The notes beneath the pieces were generated by a model. It did no database searches. It was given only the letters and a program-made list of their open reading frames with translations, and had not been told where the DNA came from. Shown here piece by piece: positions 12,664 to 21,021 of a DNA stretch of 64,000 nucleotides. Where the stretch lies: contig JBBIGP010000004.1 in NCBI GenBank assembly GCA_037447475.1, positions 7,713-71,712 on the forward strand, written 5' to 3'. Position 1 is the stretch's first letter. Every line of letters starts with the position of its first letter. This DNA comes from Candidatus Aminicenantes bacterium. Its GTDB lineage: Bacteria > Acidobacteriota > Aminicenantia > Aminicenantales > Saccharicenantaceae. The position numbers were made by a program, and so were the translations under genes.

Positions 12664-13563
12664 ATGAACGAGATCGAAGAACTTTCCAAGGTGGACCCGG
12701 CCAGCCTTCCGCCCCTCCGGGCCATGCTTCTCGACGACCTCTACCAGAGCGTCCTCAAGAACCTCCACCTGGAGCTCGGCAGCGGTCCCGTCCTCTACCT
12801 CCTCTCGCCGAGCTATTCCGTCCTCAATCCGGCCGCCGACGCCCGCATCTCGGATTTCATCACCCGCCACGAGCCCGTCCTCGACTGTCTCAAGGAGTCC
12901 ATCGTCCAGAACCTGGCCGTCCACTCCGTCCTGGTCGATATCAGCAGCTACTTCATCGAGCAGAACAACGGTCTCGTCCTGGCCCGGCTCCGTGACCGCA
13001 ATGCGGAGGGCCGGCGGTTCGAGATCAAGTTCTACACCCATTCCCCGAAGGAGCTTCTCAGCCATTACGAGGACAAGATCTACATCGGGCGCGACTTCCT
13101 CGACCTGTTCACCCCCCACCGGAAATACTTCGGGATCAAGGACTTCATCGTCTCCCTGAAGGCCCAGTTCGACCGCCTCTCCGAACGGGCCGGGGCTAAG
13201 CTCAAGAAGGCCCAAGAGTTCGGGTCCTATTTCCAGGAGATCGGTGAGTCCGTCGGCGAGCTCCACACCGAGAGCCTCCTCATCCTGCAGAGCCTGCCGC
13301 CGCACCTCGACCTGGCCAAGCTCGGGGCCCAGGACCTCATCGACATCAACGCCCAGTACCGGACCATCAACCACTACGTCATCGAGCTCCACGACACGGT
13401 GGCCGAGTTCGAGAATCTGCTGCGGTTCAAAGAGAAGTCGGATTTCGTCCGCTATGTCACGAAATACAAGAAGGACGTGACCAACCTCATCTCCTATTTC
13501 AATATCAAGATCAACGGGGCCATCACCCAGCGGATCTACCAGTGCAGGAACCGCCACGCCTGA
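12664..13563 (+). CDS. hypothetical protein (no recognisable domain)
   Basis: 300 aa from MNEIEELSKVDP...; coding periodicity and GC3 consistent with neighbours; no motif I can name. Confidence 0.4.
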   Translation: MNEIEELSKVDPASLPPLRAMLLDDLYQSVLKNLHLELGSGPVLYLLSPSYSVLNPAADARISDFITRHEPVLDCLKESIVQNLAVHSVLVDISSYFIEQNNGLVLARLRDRNAEGRRFEIKFYTHSPKELLSHYEDKIYIGRDFLDLFTPHRKYFGIKDFIVSLKAQFDRLSERAGAKLKKAQEFGSYFQEIGESVGELHTESLLILQSLPPHLDLAKLGAQDLIDINAQYRTINHYVIELHDTVAEFENLLRFKEKSDFVRYVTKYKKDVTNLISYFNIKINGAITQRIYQCRNRHA

Positions 13564-13572
13564 CGGGCGGGC

Positions 13573-14886
13573 TCAGAATTTCCTTCCCGCCTCCTTGATG
13601 CGGATGTCCGCGTAGGTCGTCTCCAGGTAAAGGGCCGGCCTGTCCGCGCGGTCCTGGAAGGCCTTGAGAACGGACGACCCGTTCGACGTCACGGCGTCGG
13701 GCTTTCCGTCGAGGCCCCAGTCGACGGCCCCGCCCCTGGTGCGGGCCTCGAGCCGGGCGGCCTCTCCGGCCGGCCAGTCGAGGAGGATCATGCCGTGCTC
13801 GTTGCGGACCTCCATCCCGTGCTTCAGATCGATCGGCTTGAGGACGGCGTTGCCGTTGCGCAGGACGACCGACACTTCGGCCGAGAAGCCGTCCAGCTCG
13901 ACGTTCGCGTAGGACGTCCGGACCGAAACGCTCCCGCCGCCGACGCGCGTCGCCGAAACGGAGCCGTTCCGGGAGGCGACTTTGAGATCGCCGCTGACGT
14001 CCGTCGCCCGGACCCTTTGATAGCTCGTTTCGATGTCCAGGTCCCCTCGGACCGTCGCCGCCGTGATCGAGGAGTGGCGGGCCCGGACGACGGCCGGCCC
14101 GACATCCTCGAGCGCGACCTTCTGGTAGCTCGTCTCGACCGAGACGGGGCCCCCGACGCGCCGCGCTTCGACCTCCATGTGGCGCCCGACGATATCGGCC
14201 CGGCCCCCGACATCCTCGACCCGGGCCCGGGCGTAGCTCGTTTCGACCCGCAGGCCGCCCGACACGGATGCCGCCCGGACACTGGCGTGTTTGCTCGTGA
14301 TCGAGCAGTCGCCGTCGACGCCGTCCACGTCCGCGGCTTGATAGCTCGTCTCCAGCGTGCAGGGTCCTCGGATATCCGAGACGAAGAGCTTCCCGTGCCG
14401 GTTCCGGACGACGAGCCCGGCCACGGACTCGACACGGACCGGGCCGTGGGCGTTGACGACCTCGACCGTCATTCTCCGCGGGACCGTCAGGATGAAGCCC
14501 GTCTCGAAGTTCCGCCTGCGGAATTCCTCACGGTTGGTGCCGAGGGCCAGCCGGTCCTCATCCCGGCGGACGGTGTATTGCAGCTGCCCGGCGACGTCTT
14601 GGGCGTCCTCCTCGCTTCGCCGCCGGATGATCTTCTTGAAGGTCAGCTCGATGTGGCCCTGATCGCCGCCCCGCACCTCGACCCATCCGTGGCCGTTTTG
14701 GACCTCGAGCGCCGCGGGCACGGGGGCCTCGAAGACCAGGGTCTCCTCGTAGGAATACTCCCGGCTCAGACCGAACCACTCCTCGTCCCAATCGAACCGG
14801 ATGTCCCAGCCGCCGGTCTGGACCTGGTAGACGACGAACCCGGCGACCAGCAGGACCGCGAGAAGAACGATCTCACGGAATCGCAT
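13573..14886 (-). CDS. DUF4097 'toastrack' beta-helical repeat protein, N-terminal membrane anchor (LiaG/LiaF-C-like putative adhesin fold)
   Basis: 437 aa; N-term TM (MRFREIVLLAVLLVAGFVVY); body is ~8 tandem ~25-aa repeats with recurring (V/L)ETSY(Q/A)xxxxxxV motif ending ...LETTYADIRIKEAG. Confidence 0.7.
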   Translation of the reverse strand: MRFREIVLLAVLLVAGFVVYQVQTGGWDIRFDWDEEWFGLSREYSYEETLVFEAPVPAALEVQNGHGWVEVRGGDQGHIELTFKKIIRRRSEEDAQDVAGQLQYTVRRDEDRLALGTNREEFRRRNFETGFILTVPRRMTVEVVNAHGPVRVESVAGLVVRNRHGKLFVSDIRGPCTLETSYQAADVDGVDGDCSITSKHASVRAASVSGGLRVETSYARARVEDVGGRADIVGRHMEVEARRVGGPVSVETSYQKVALEDVGPAVVRARHSSITAATVRGDLDIETSYQRVRATDVSGDLKVASRNGSVSATRVGGGSVSVRTSYANVELDGFSAEVSVVLRNGNAVLKPIDLKHGMEVRNEHGMILLDWPAGEAARLEARTRGGAVDWGLDGKPDAVTSNGSSVLKAFQDRADRPALYLETTYADIRIKEAGRKF

Positions 14887-14890
14887 GGCC

Positions 14891-15106
14891 TCAATCCTGC
14901 GGCGGGGCCGGCGGCTTCTCGCGCTCGCGCCTCTCCTTAAGACCGAGCATGAGCTTGTTGGCGCCCCAGACGATCAGGATGACCGGCCAGAGCCTCCAGA
15001 CATAGCGCCAGACGGCGACGTCGAATTGCTCGAGCAGGAAGATCCCGCCGAGGACGATGAGGATGATGCCCCAGACGAGCGAATCGCGCTGTCTCTGCTT
15101 TGCCAT
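14891..15106 (-). CDS. small membrane protein with LiaI/LiaF-like TM hairpin
   Basis: 71 aa: WGIILIVLGGIFLLEQFDVAVWRYVWRLWPVILIVWGANKL, paralogous to C-terminal half of the upstream 165-aa protein. Confidence 0.5.
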   Translation of the reverse strand: MAKQRQRDSLVWGIILIVLGGIFLLEQFDVAVWRYVWRLWPVILIVWGANKLMLGLKERREREKPPAPPQD

Positions 15107-15118
15107 GATGGTCCTCCT

Positions 15119-15616
15119 TCAGTTCCCGTTGCCGTTCTTCTTCCTGGCCATGGAGTCGGTGACCAGCTTGAGTCCGATGGCGATGACCGCGACGGGCCAG
15201 AAATCGAAGAGGGTCTCGTAGCGGATGACGTCGAAGTTGGCCAGGATGAGAAGGCCGCCGAGGCCGATGAGAACGGCCCCCCAGAAGATCGAGCCGGATG
15301 GCACGATCTCGGGCAGGCCCTGTATCCCGGCTTCGTCCGGCTTCTCGCCGGCGGCCTTCAGGTTGATGGCCTTGGCGACCTGGACGCTGTCGATGACCTG
15401 GAAGACGTAGAACCCGGCCAGCAGCAGGGCCTTGAAGGGCTGCCCGCCGCCGCTCTCTTGGATAGTGATCAGACCGGCGAAAAGGATCATGTAGAAGATG
15501 CCCTTCGCGATCTGCCCGTTGTAGAGGGCCCCGGTGCCGGGGAAGACGGCCGACAGGATGCCGGCCGCCGCCGGCGACTTGGGCGGCTTCCGCGGGATGA
15601 CGGATCTTTCGTCCAT
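15119..15616 (-). CDS. membrane protein, PspC/LiaF-like N-terminal TM region plus LiaI/LiaF-like TM hairpin
   Basis: 165 aa; FPGTGALYNGQIAKGIFYMILFAGL (PspC/TM2-like motif) and WGAVLIGLGGLLILANFDVIRYETLFDFWPVAVIAIGLKL. Confidence 0.5.
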   Translation of the reverse strand: MDERSVIPRKPPKSPAAAGILSAVFPGTGALYNGQIAKGIFYMILFAGLITIQESGGGQPFKALLLAGFYVFQVIDSVQVAKAINLKAAGEKPDEAGIQGLPEIVPSGSIFWGAVLIGLGGLLILANFDVIRYETLFDFWPVAVIAIGLKLVTDSMARKKNGNGN

Positions 15617-15636
15617 GGAAATGACCTCCGTTGATG

Positions 15637-16152
15637 TTAGGGTTTATCCTCGCCGGCCTTCAAGAGATCGAAATCCTTGAAGGACCTGATGACGTTTCCC
15701 GTGAACTCGCCCAGCCCGCTCTTGATCGAGCCCGCCTCGGCGTAGAGCTTCTCGACCGTGCCGACGCCCCGGTGGAGCTGGACGTCGATCGTTTTCCGGA
15801 CGGCCTGTCCCTCCGGGTGGAAGAGGACGAAGGACAGGGCGACGAGCAGGACGGTGAACGCGGCGTAAACGGGCTGGAGGGCGGGCCGGACCAGGAGGTC
15901 GATCGCCGCCCGGACGCCCCTTTTCCTCCCGGCTCTCTCGCCGGGGATCCCGTACAGACGGGCCATGAGGGCGGGGGAGGGCTCGGCCTCGGGGAAGACG
16001 GCCATGGCCCCGGTCACCTCCCGGAGCGCCTCCAGCAGCCCCGCGCAATCGGGGCAGGCGGCGAGATGGATTTCCGTCTCGGCCCGCTCCGCGGCGCCCA
16101 GCTCGCCCTCGAGGTAGGCGGAGAGAAGCCCTTCGACGCGTTCGCAGGTCAT
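15637..16152 (-). CDS. anti-sigma factor, zf-HC2 type with single TM helix
   Basis: Trimmed to MTCERVEGLLSAYLEGELGAAERAETEIHLAACPDCAGLLEAL...; ATGA start/stop overlap with upstream ECF sigma gene; TM helix YAAFTVLLVALSFVLF. Confidence 0.7.
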   Translation of the reverse strand: MTCERVEGLLSAYLEGELGAAERAETEIHLAACPDCAGLLEALREVTGAMAVFPEAEPSPALMARLYGIPGERAGRKRGVRAAIDLLVRPALQPVYAAFTVLLVALSFVLFHPEGQAVRKTIDVQLHRGVGTVEKLYAEAGSIKSGLGEFTGNVIRSFKDFDLLKAGEDKP

Positions 16153-16703
16153 GACGTCCCTCCCTTGGCTTCCCGGAGGACCCGGGCCAGCTGGATCCGG
16201 GCCCGGTTGACGCGCGACTTGACCGTGCCCAGCGGCAGGCCGAGCAGGCCGGCCATCTCCTCGTAGCTGTGCCCCTGCAGGTCCCTCAGGACGATGACCG
16301 TCCGCATCTCCGGCGACAGGCGATCGAGCCCCTGCCAGACGAAGGCCTTGGTCTCCTTGTCGGCGAGGCTCTCCTCCGGGCCGTCGGCGGCGGCGTGGGC
16401 CAGGACGCGTTCGTCGAACTCGTCCCGCCGGGCGCGCTCCCATTTGGTCCGGCGGTACTCGTCGATGAGGTGATTCTTGGCCAGGGTCAGGAACCAGGCC
16501 TGGAAGTTCTTGGCGGGGTCGTACTTGGGCAGGGCCCCGTGGAGCTTGAGGAAGACCTCCTGGGTCATGTCCTCGGCCTCCTGCCGGCTCCCGCTGAACT
16601 GATAGGCCATGTTAAAGATCCTCCCGGCGAACTGGTCCACCAGCGTTCTCCATGCTCCCTGGCTCCCGGCCAGGCACTGGCTGACGACTTCGCTCAAATC
16701 CAC
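16149..16703 (-). CDS. RNA polymerase ECF-type sigma-70 factor
   Basis: 184 aa; region 2 (...MTQEVFLKLHGALPKYDPAKNFQAWFLTLAKNHLIDEYRR) and region 4 HTH (SYEEMAGLLGLPLGTVKSRVNRARIQL). Confidence 0.9.
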   Translation of the reverse strand: MDLSEVVSQCLAGSQGAWRTLVDQFAGRIFNMAYQFSGSRQEAEDMTQEVFLKLHGALPKYDPAKNFQAWFLTLAKNHLIDEYRRTKWERARRDEFDERVLAHAAADGPEESLADKETKAFVWQGLDRLSPEMRTVIVLRDLQGHSYEEMAGLLGLPLGTVKSRVNRARIQLARVLREAKGGTS

Positions 16704-17052
16704 TCAATCCACCCTGGTTGACGGGACCGGACGGCGAAAAGTTCCGTTTCCGGGCCCATTTTCTTATAAAAACGCCCCCCGGGCAACCCGGAAAGGAGGT
16801 GCTTCTGCCCGGCTCGGGACGTTCCTCTCGCGGCGCACCCCCGTCCGTGCTCGCCGCTCCAAAGGGCTCTTCGGCATCAGCGGCTGCGCACGGGCGGGGG
16901 GCCCCCACGCCGCTGCGTCACTGTCCCTCGCCCTTCCGAGTCCGGCCTCCTCAGGCCCTGGGGCGGGCGTGCCGGGCGGGGGCCGTCTTGCTATAATGAA
17001 AGAGGGGCGGGAACGCAACTTTCCGCCCCCTGAGGAGTTAAAGGTAGTGAGC

Positions 17053-17637
17053 ATGGACGAACAAGAGCTGATCCGGCGCGTCCAGGACGGGGACGAATGG
17101 GCGTTCGGCCGGATCATGGCTCTTTATAAGGACCGCATCGTGAACTACTTGTACCACTTCTCGGGCGATTATCAGAAGGCCGTCGAGCTGGCCCAGGAGA
17201 CGTTCCTGCGGGTCTACTTCAAGGCGGGGAAGTACCGCCCCATCGGTCCCCTGTCCTCGTGGATCTATACGATCGCCTCCAACCTGGCCAAGACCGACGC
17301 CCGCAGGTCCCGGCGGGCGGCCACCGTCTCCCTGGAGGACATCCCCAACGACTTCGCGAGCGGCGCCTACTATGAGGACCCGGTCGATCCCGGGCTCGTC
17401 AGGAACCTTCGGGAGGCCCTCGACGAGCTCCACCCCCGCTACCGGATCCCCGTCGTCCTCAAGGACGTCGAGGGCTTCTCCCAGGAGGAGATCGCCCGGA
17501 TCATCGACCGTCCGGTCGGGACGGTCAAGGCCCGCATCAGCCGGGGCCGCGACCAGCTCAAGCGGAAGCTGGAGAAGGCCCTCGAAGGCCGGGTCACGCA
17601 AGTCGACAGCGAGGTGAGCGAACATGGAAGGGCATGA
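17053..17637 (+). CDS. RNA polymerase ECF-type sigma-70 factor (second copy)
   Basis: MDEQELIRRVQDGDEWAFGRIMALYKDRIVNYLYHFSGDYQKAVELAQETFLRVYF... region 4 SQEEIARIIDRPVGTVKARISRGRDQL. Confidence 0.9.
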   Translation: MDEQELIRRVQDGDEWAFGRIMALYKDRIVNYLYHFSGDYQKAVELAQETFLRVYFKAGKYRPIGPLSSWIYTIASNLAKTDARRSRRAATVSLEDIPNDFASGAYYEDPVDPGLVRNLREALDELHPRYRIPVVLKDVEGFSQEEIARIIDRPVGTVKARISRGRDQLKRKLEKALEGRVTQVDSEVSEHGRA

Positions 17638-18049
17638 CATCCTCGGCAAGATGAGAAAGGTCGGCGCCCCGCCCGACTTCGACCAGAGGGTCTTTTACCG
17701 CCTGCGGGAGGCCCGCAGGGAACGGGCCCGGCGCCGGGCCGTCGCCCGCTATGCCCTGGCCGGCTCGGCGGCCCTGTTCCTGGCCGCGTTCCTGATATTC
17801 GACAGGGGCTTCATGCGGCAAGGGGCCTTTCCGTGGTCAGCGGGGAAGCGTGCCGCCGAGGCCGAACAGAAGCTCGAAACGAAGGATCCGTCCCCATGGC
17901 GGGGGCCGGAGGCAGCCGGCCGGCCGTTCGTCCCGGTCCTCGAGACCCTGGACTACGCGGCCGATGTCCGGCGCGACTCCCCCGGGCCCCGGACGGTTTA
18001 CATACTGGAGCAGGTTTCCGATGTCCGAACGTCGGGAATCATCTACTAG
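17624..18049 (+). CDS. putative membrane-anchored anti-sigma factor
   Basis: 141 aa overlapping sigma stop; charged N-term (RLREARRERARRRAV) followed by TM helix ALAGSAALFLAAFLIF; position is the only basis for the functional call. Confidence 0.45.
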   Translation: MEGHDILGKMRKVGAPPDFDQRVFYRLREARRERARRRAVARYALAGSAALFLAAFLIFDRGFMRQGAFPWSAGKRAAEAEQKLETKDPSPWRGPEAAGRPFVPVLETLDYAADVRRDSPGPRTVYILEQVSDVRTSGIIY

Positions 18050-18064
18050 GAGGTCTTCGCAGCC

Positions 18065-19711
18065 ATGAATATGAAACATGGATCGGCCCTCACGGCAATG
18101 GTCGTCCTTTTCGTCGCAGGCCTCTCGCCGCTCGCCGGGCCGGCGGCGGCGATGGGCGCTCAGCGCGACAGCGCGGATATCGCGAAAAAGGTCTACCCGT
18201 CCGTGGTCCGGGTCGAGGCCCAGAACCACACCCGCAAGGTCGCCACGGGCGTCGTCGTCGAAAAGGGCGGGTACATCGTGACGACGGCCCTCATCTCGCC
18301 GCGCGACCAGAGGATCGTCGTCACCACGGCCGACGGCAAGACGATCGAGGCCGAGTTCCTCGGCTTCGACACCGAGACCCAGCTGGCCCTCGTCCGGGCC
18401 AAGGATGCCGCCGGGCTTCCCGCCCTGGCCGCAGGGAGGGCCGCCGACCTTTCGGCGGGCTCCTGGATCTGTGTCGTCGGGGTCTCCCCCGAGAGCGCGC
18501 CGGCCGTGACCCAGGGCATCGTCAGCTCCATCGCCGAGGACCGGCTGCGGCTCAACGTCTGGGTGACGCCGGGAACGAGCGGCGGCCCCGTCGTCGACGA
18601 CAAAGGCCGGATGGTCGGGCTCCTCCGGGGCATCTACGTCGAGGAGAAGCCCGTCGTCTTCCAGTTCCGCGACCGCGAACAGACGGGCTCCGGTCTCGTC
18701 ATCAGCCGCGGCGAGGCCCCGTCGTCAGGGATGGCCGTGGCCGTACCCGTGGACGTCGTCAAGGACGTCGCCGCCCAGATCAAGGACAAGGGCTGGGTCG
18801 AACGCGGCTGGCTCGGGGTCGGCATCGGGCAGGACGCCGACGGCCGGATCATCATCGGCCAGGTCGACAGGGAAAGCCCGGCCGAGCTGGCCAAGCTCCG
18901 GCCCGGGGATATCATCCTCAAGATCGGGGACAAGGACATCGCCGGACCCGACCAGCTGGCCGCCGAGATCCGCAAACGGAAGCCGGGCCAGGAGGTCACC
19001 CTGAGGATCGAGCGGGACGGAAAGCCCCAGGACGTCAAGGTCAAGCTCGGCGAATACGCCGAGGCCGACGCCAGGCGGGAGCTTGAGTTCCGCTTCCCCC
19101 GGCTCTTCCCTCCGCCGCCGGAACAACCTGCCGCGCCGGCGGCTCCCAAGGGACTGGCGGCGCCGGCCGTGCCGGCCCGTCCGGCTTGGGCCTTCGAACA
19201 GCGGAAATACATCGGGATCTATCCCTTGGAGCTCAACCGGGAGCTGGCCGAGCACTACGGCGTCAAGGATGGCACGGGGCTGCTCGTCTCGCGGCTGACC
19301 GCCGGCGGCCCGGCCGAGAAGGCCGGCCTCAAGGTCGGCGACGTCATCGTCCGGGTGGACGGCCGGCGCGTGGAATCGACCAACGATCTCATCGACCGCA
19401 TCCAGGCCAAGGCCAAGGGCGACAAGGTCAAGGTCGAGGTCCTGCGGGAGAAGAAGACCGTCAGCCTCGAGATCGAGGTCGCCGAGGAGAGCTCGGGGGG
19501 CTTCTTCGGCCCCGAGGGCCTGAGGGACGCGCTCGAGTCCTGGCAGGGCGCCACCGATGCCTTCGAGACCGTCCTCAAGAGATGGCGGTCCGATCATCTC
19601 CCGGAGATCCGGGAGAACCTGAAGAGGATCCAGGAGGAGATGGCAGTCAAGAGCAAGGAGTCAGCCAAAGAGGTCGCCGCTCTCGTCAGGGGGGTCTTGC
19701 GAAGGGTCTAA
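18065..19711 (+). CDS. htrA: periplasmic serine endoprotease DegP/HtrA family (S1C) with two PDZ domains
   Basis: 548 aa; signal peptide; catalytic triad context ...TTADGKTIEAEFLGFDTETQLALV..., GTSGGPVVDDKGRMVGL serine motif; two PDZ-like segments (…GDIILKIGDKDIAG…, …GDVIVRVDGRRVES…). Confidence 0.9.
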   Translation: MNMKHGSALTAMVVLFVAGLSPLAGPAAAMGAQRDSADIAKKVYPSVVRVEAQNHTRKVATGVVVEKGGYIVTTALISPRDQRIVVTTADGKTIEAEFLGFDTETQLALVRAKDAAGLPALAAGRAADLSAGSWICVVGVSPESAPAVTQGIVSSIAEDRLRLNVWVTPGTSGGPVVDDKGRMVGLLRGIYVEEKPVVFQFRDREQTGSGLVISRGEAPSSGMAVAVPVDVVKDVAAQIKDKGWVERGWLGVGIGQDADGRIIIGQVDRESPAELAKLRPGDIILKIGDKDIAGPDQLAAEIRKRKPGQEVTLRIERDGKPQDVKVKLGEYAEADARRELEFRFPRLFPPPPEQPAAPAAPKGLAAPAVPARPAWAFEQRKYIGIYPLELNRELAEHYGVKDGTGLLVSRLTAGGPAEKAGLKVGDVIVRVDGRRVESTNDLIDRIQAKAKGDKVKVEVLREKKTVSLEIEVAEESSGGFFGPEGLRDALESWQGATDAFETVLKRWRSDHLPEIRENLKRIQEEMAVKSKESAKEVAALVRGVLRRV

Positions 19712-19941
19712 GCCTGATTTATTCACGAGTCGAGGCGGCTGCAGATGCCATCCCTTCGCAACGCAGCAGATGCGGCCGGATCGGCTCGCCCGGAGGGTGA
19801 AAATGCCGGTCTTTCTGAGAGGCGCTTGTAAAAAGCCCTGGAAAAATTGGAGAGCTGGATATCCTGCAGATATCGCAAGACTTAGAGAACACATCGGCAT
19901 TTTCATGAATAGGTCAGGTAAGAGACCTGCTCCTGTCTATA

Positions 19942-19975
19942 GGGGGACATGCACTTCTGGTCCCCCTTTCTTTCT
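19942..19975 (+). terminator. putative rho-independent terminator (agggggac...gtccccc stem + TTTCTTTCT)
   Basis: 7-bp GC stem gggggac/gtccccc with 11-nt loop followed by T-rich tract, inside an unusually AT-rich 260-bp intergenic segment between convergent htrA and trmH-like genes. Confidence 0.5.
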
Positions 19976-20558
19976 ATTCGAGCTCCAGCCACTTTCTCCG
20001 CAGCTTCTCAAGGTCCTCGGCGGGCAGGCGGGGCGCGTCTAAATAGCCCTTTTCCGACCTCTGGCGCAGGGCTTCGTAGAGGATGACGGCGACCGAGACC
20101 GACAGGTTGAGGCTCTGGACCATGCCCAGCATGGGGATGCGGACGATCCGGTCGGCGAAGGCCAGGGCCTCTTCCGAGATGCCCTCGGCCTCGCTGCCGA
20201 AGACGACCGCCGTCGGGCGGCAGAAATCGATCTCCGTGTAAGGGACCGAGTCCTTGCGGAGATGGGTGGCCAGGACCTGGAAGCCCGCCGTTTTCAGCGG
20301 TTGAAGGCCCGCGGCCGGCGTGCCGTGGACGCCGATCTCGAGCCACTTGTGGGCCCCCGTCGAGATGGCTTCGCTGAAATGGAGGAGCTCGGGATTCGGC
20401 GAGACGAGGTCGAGATGGAGGACGCCGGCCGCGTCACAGGTCCGCATGACGGCGCTGGCGTTGTGGGCCATGGCCACGCCTTCGAGGACGACCCGCAGGT
20501 CGGGCTGGCGAAGGAATAGGACGCGGTCGACCTTCTTCGTCCGCTCCGGCGTCGGCAT
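19974..20558 (-). CDS. SpoU/TrmH-family RNA 2'-O-methyltransferase
   Basis: Trimmed to MPTPERTKKVDRVLFLRQPDLRVVLEGVAMAHNASAVMRTCDAAGV...; C-terminal SPOUT knot motifs FGSEAEGISEEALAFADRIVRIPMLGMVQSLNLSVSVAVILYE; alternative start at 20594. Confidence 0.8.
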   Translation of the reverse strand: MPTPERTKKVDRVLFLRQPDLRVVLEGVAMAHNASAVMRTCDAAGVLHLDLVSPNPELLHFSEAISTGAHKWLEIGVHGTPAAGLQPLKTAGFQVLATHLRKDSVPYTEIDFCRPTAVVFGSEAEGISEEALAFADRIVRIPMLGMVQSLNLSVSVAVILYEALRQRSEKGYLDAPRLPAEDLEKLRRKWLELE

Positions 20559-20796
20559 GGATGAAATATACCAGAGGGGCGGGGGACGGGGCAACCATTC
20601 GGCCGTGCAGGTCAGGGAGGCATCGGGCCTGGGTAGAACAATCCGGAAGAGCGGGCGAGGTCCGGCCCAATCAGGATTTGGGAAGCCCCGACGGATAGGT
20701 GAAAGTCCTTGGTGAGAAAGGGAATGAAGCCTATTCGATCAACAGAGGTCCCGTTATTGAAAAGAGGCGGCTTTTCCCTTATAGTGAACGGGCCGC

Positions 20797-20882
20797 GCCG
20801 GTGTGGCGGAACTGGCAGACGCGCTGGACTCAAAATCCAGTCCGGAGCAATCTGGGTGTGGGTTCGATTCCCTCCACCGGCA
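20797..20882 (+). tRNA. tRNA-Leu (anticodon CAA), long variable arm, CCA not encoded
   Basis: gccggtg...ctggactCAAaatccag...ggttcgattcc...caccggca: 7-bp acceptor, anticodon loop ctCAAaa, long variable arm, T-loop TTCGATT; one U.U mismatch in T-stem; coordinates +/-2 nt. Confidence 0.75.
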
Positions 20883-21021
20883 TACCGTTCTTTCTCATAG
20901 GCCCCCATTTCTCAAGCCCCCGGCGCCCCTCGTTTGACAACCCTGCCCCGCGGGACTATCATGCTTCCTTCGCCGGCACCCGGTATCCCCCCGGCGTCCG
21001 CCGGCATCCCTTGCGAGGAGA

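Noticed and set aside
17833-19086. 417-aa plus-strand ORF overlapping htrA in another frame
   Set aside because: Arg/Gly/Pro-rich low-complexity product; htrA frame carries the serine-protease and PDZ motifs.
20594-20797. Leader region upstream of tRNA-Leu as a possible small ORF (20709-20900)
   Set aside because: 63-aa frame overlaps the tRNA itself; no RBS; the tRNA call explains the conservation.
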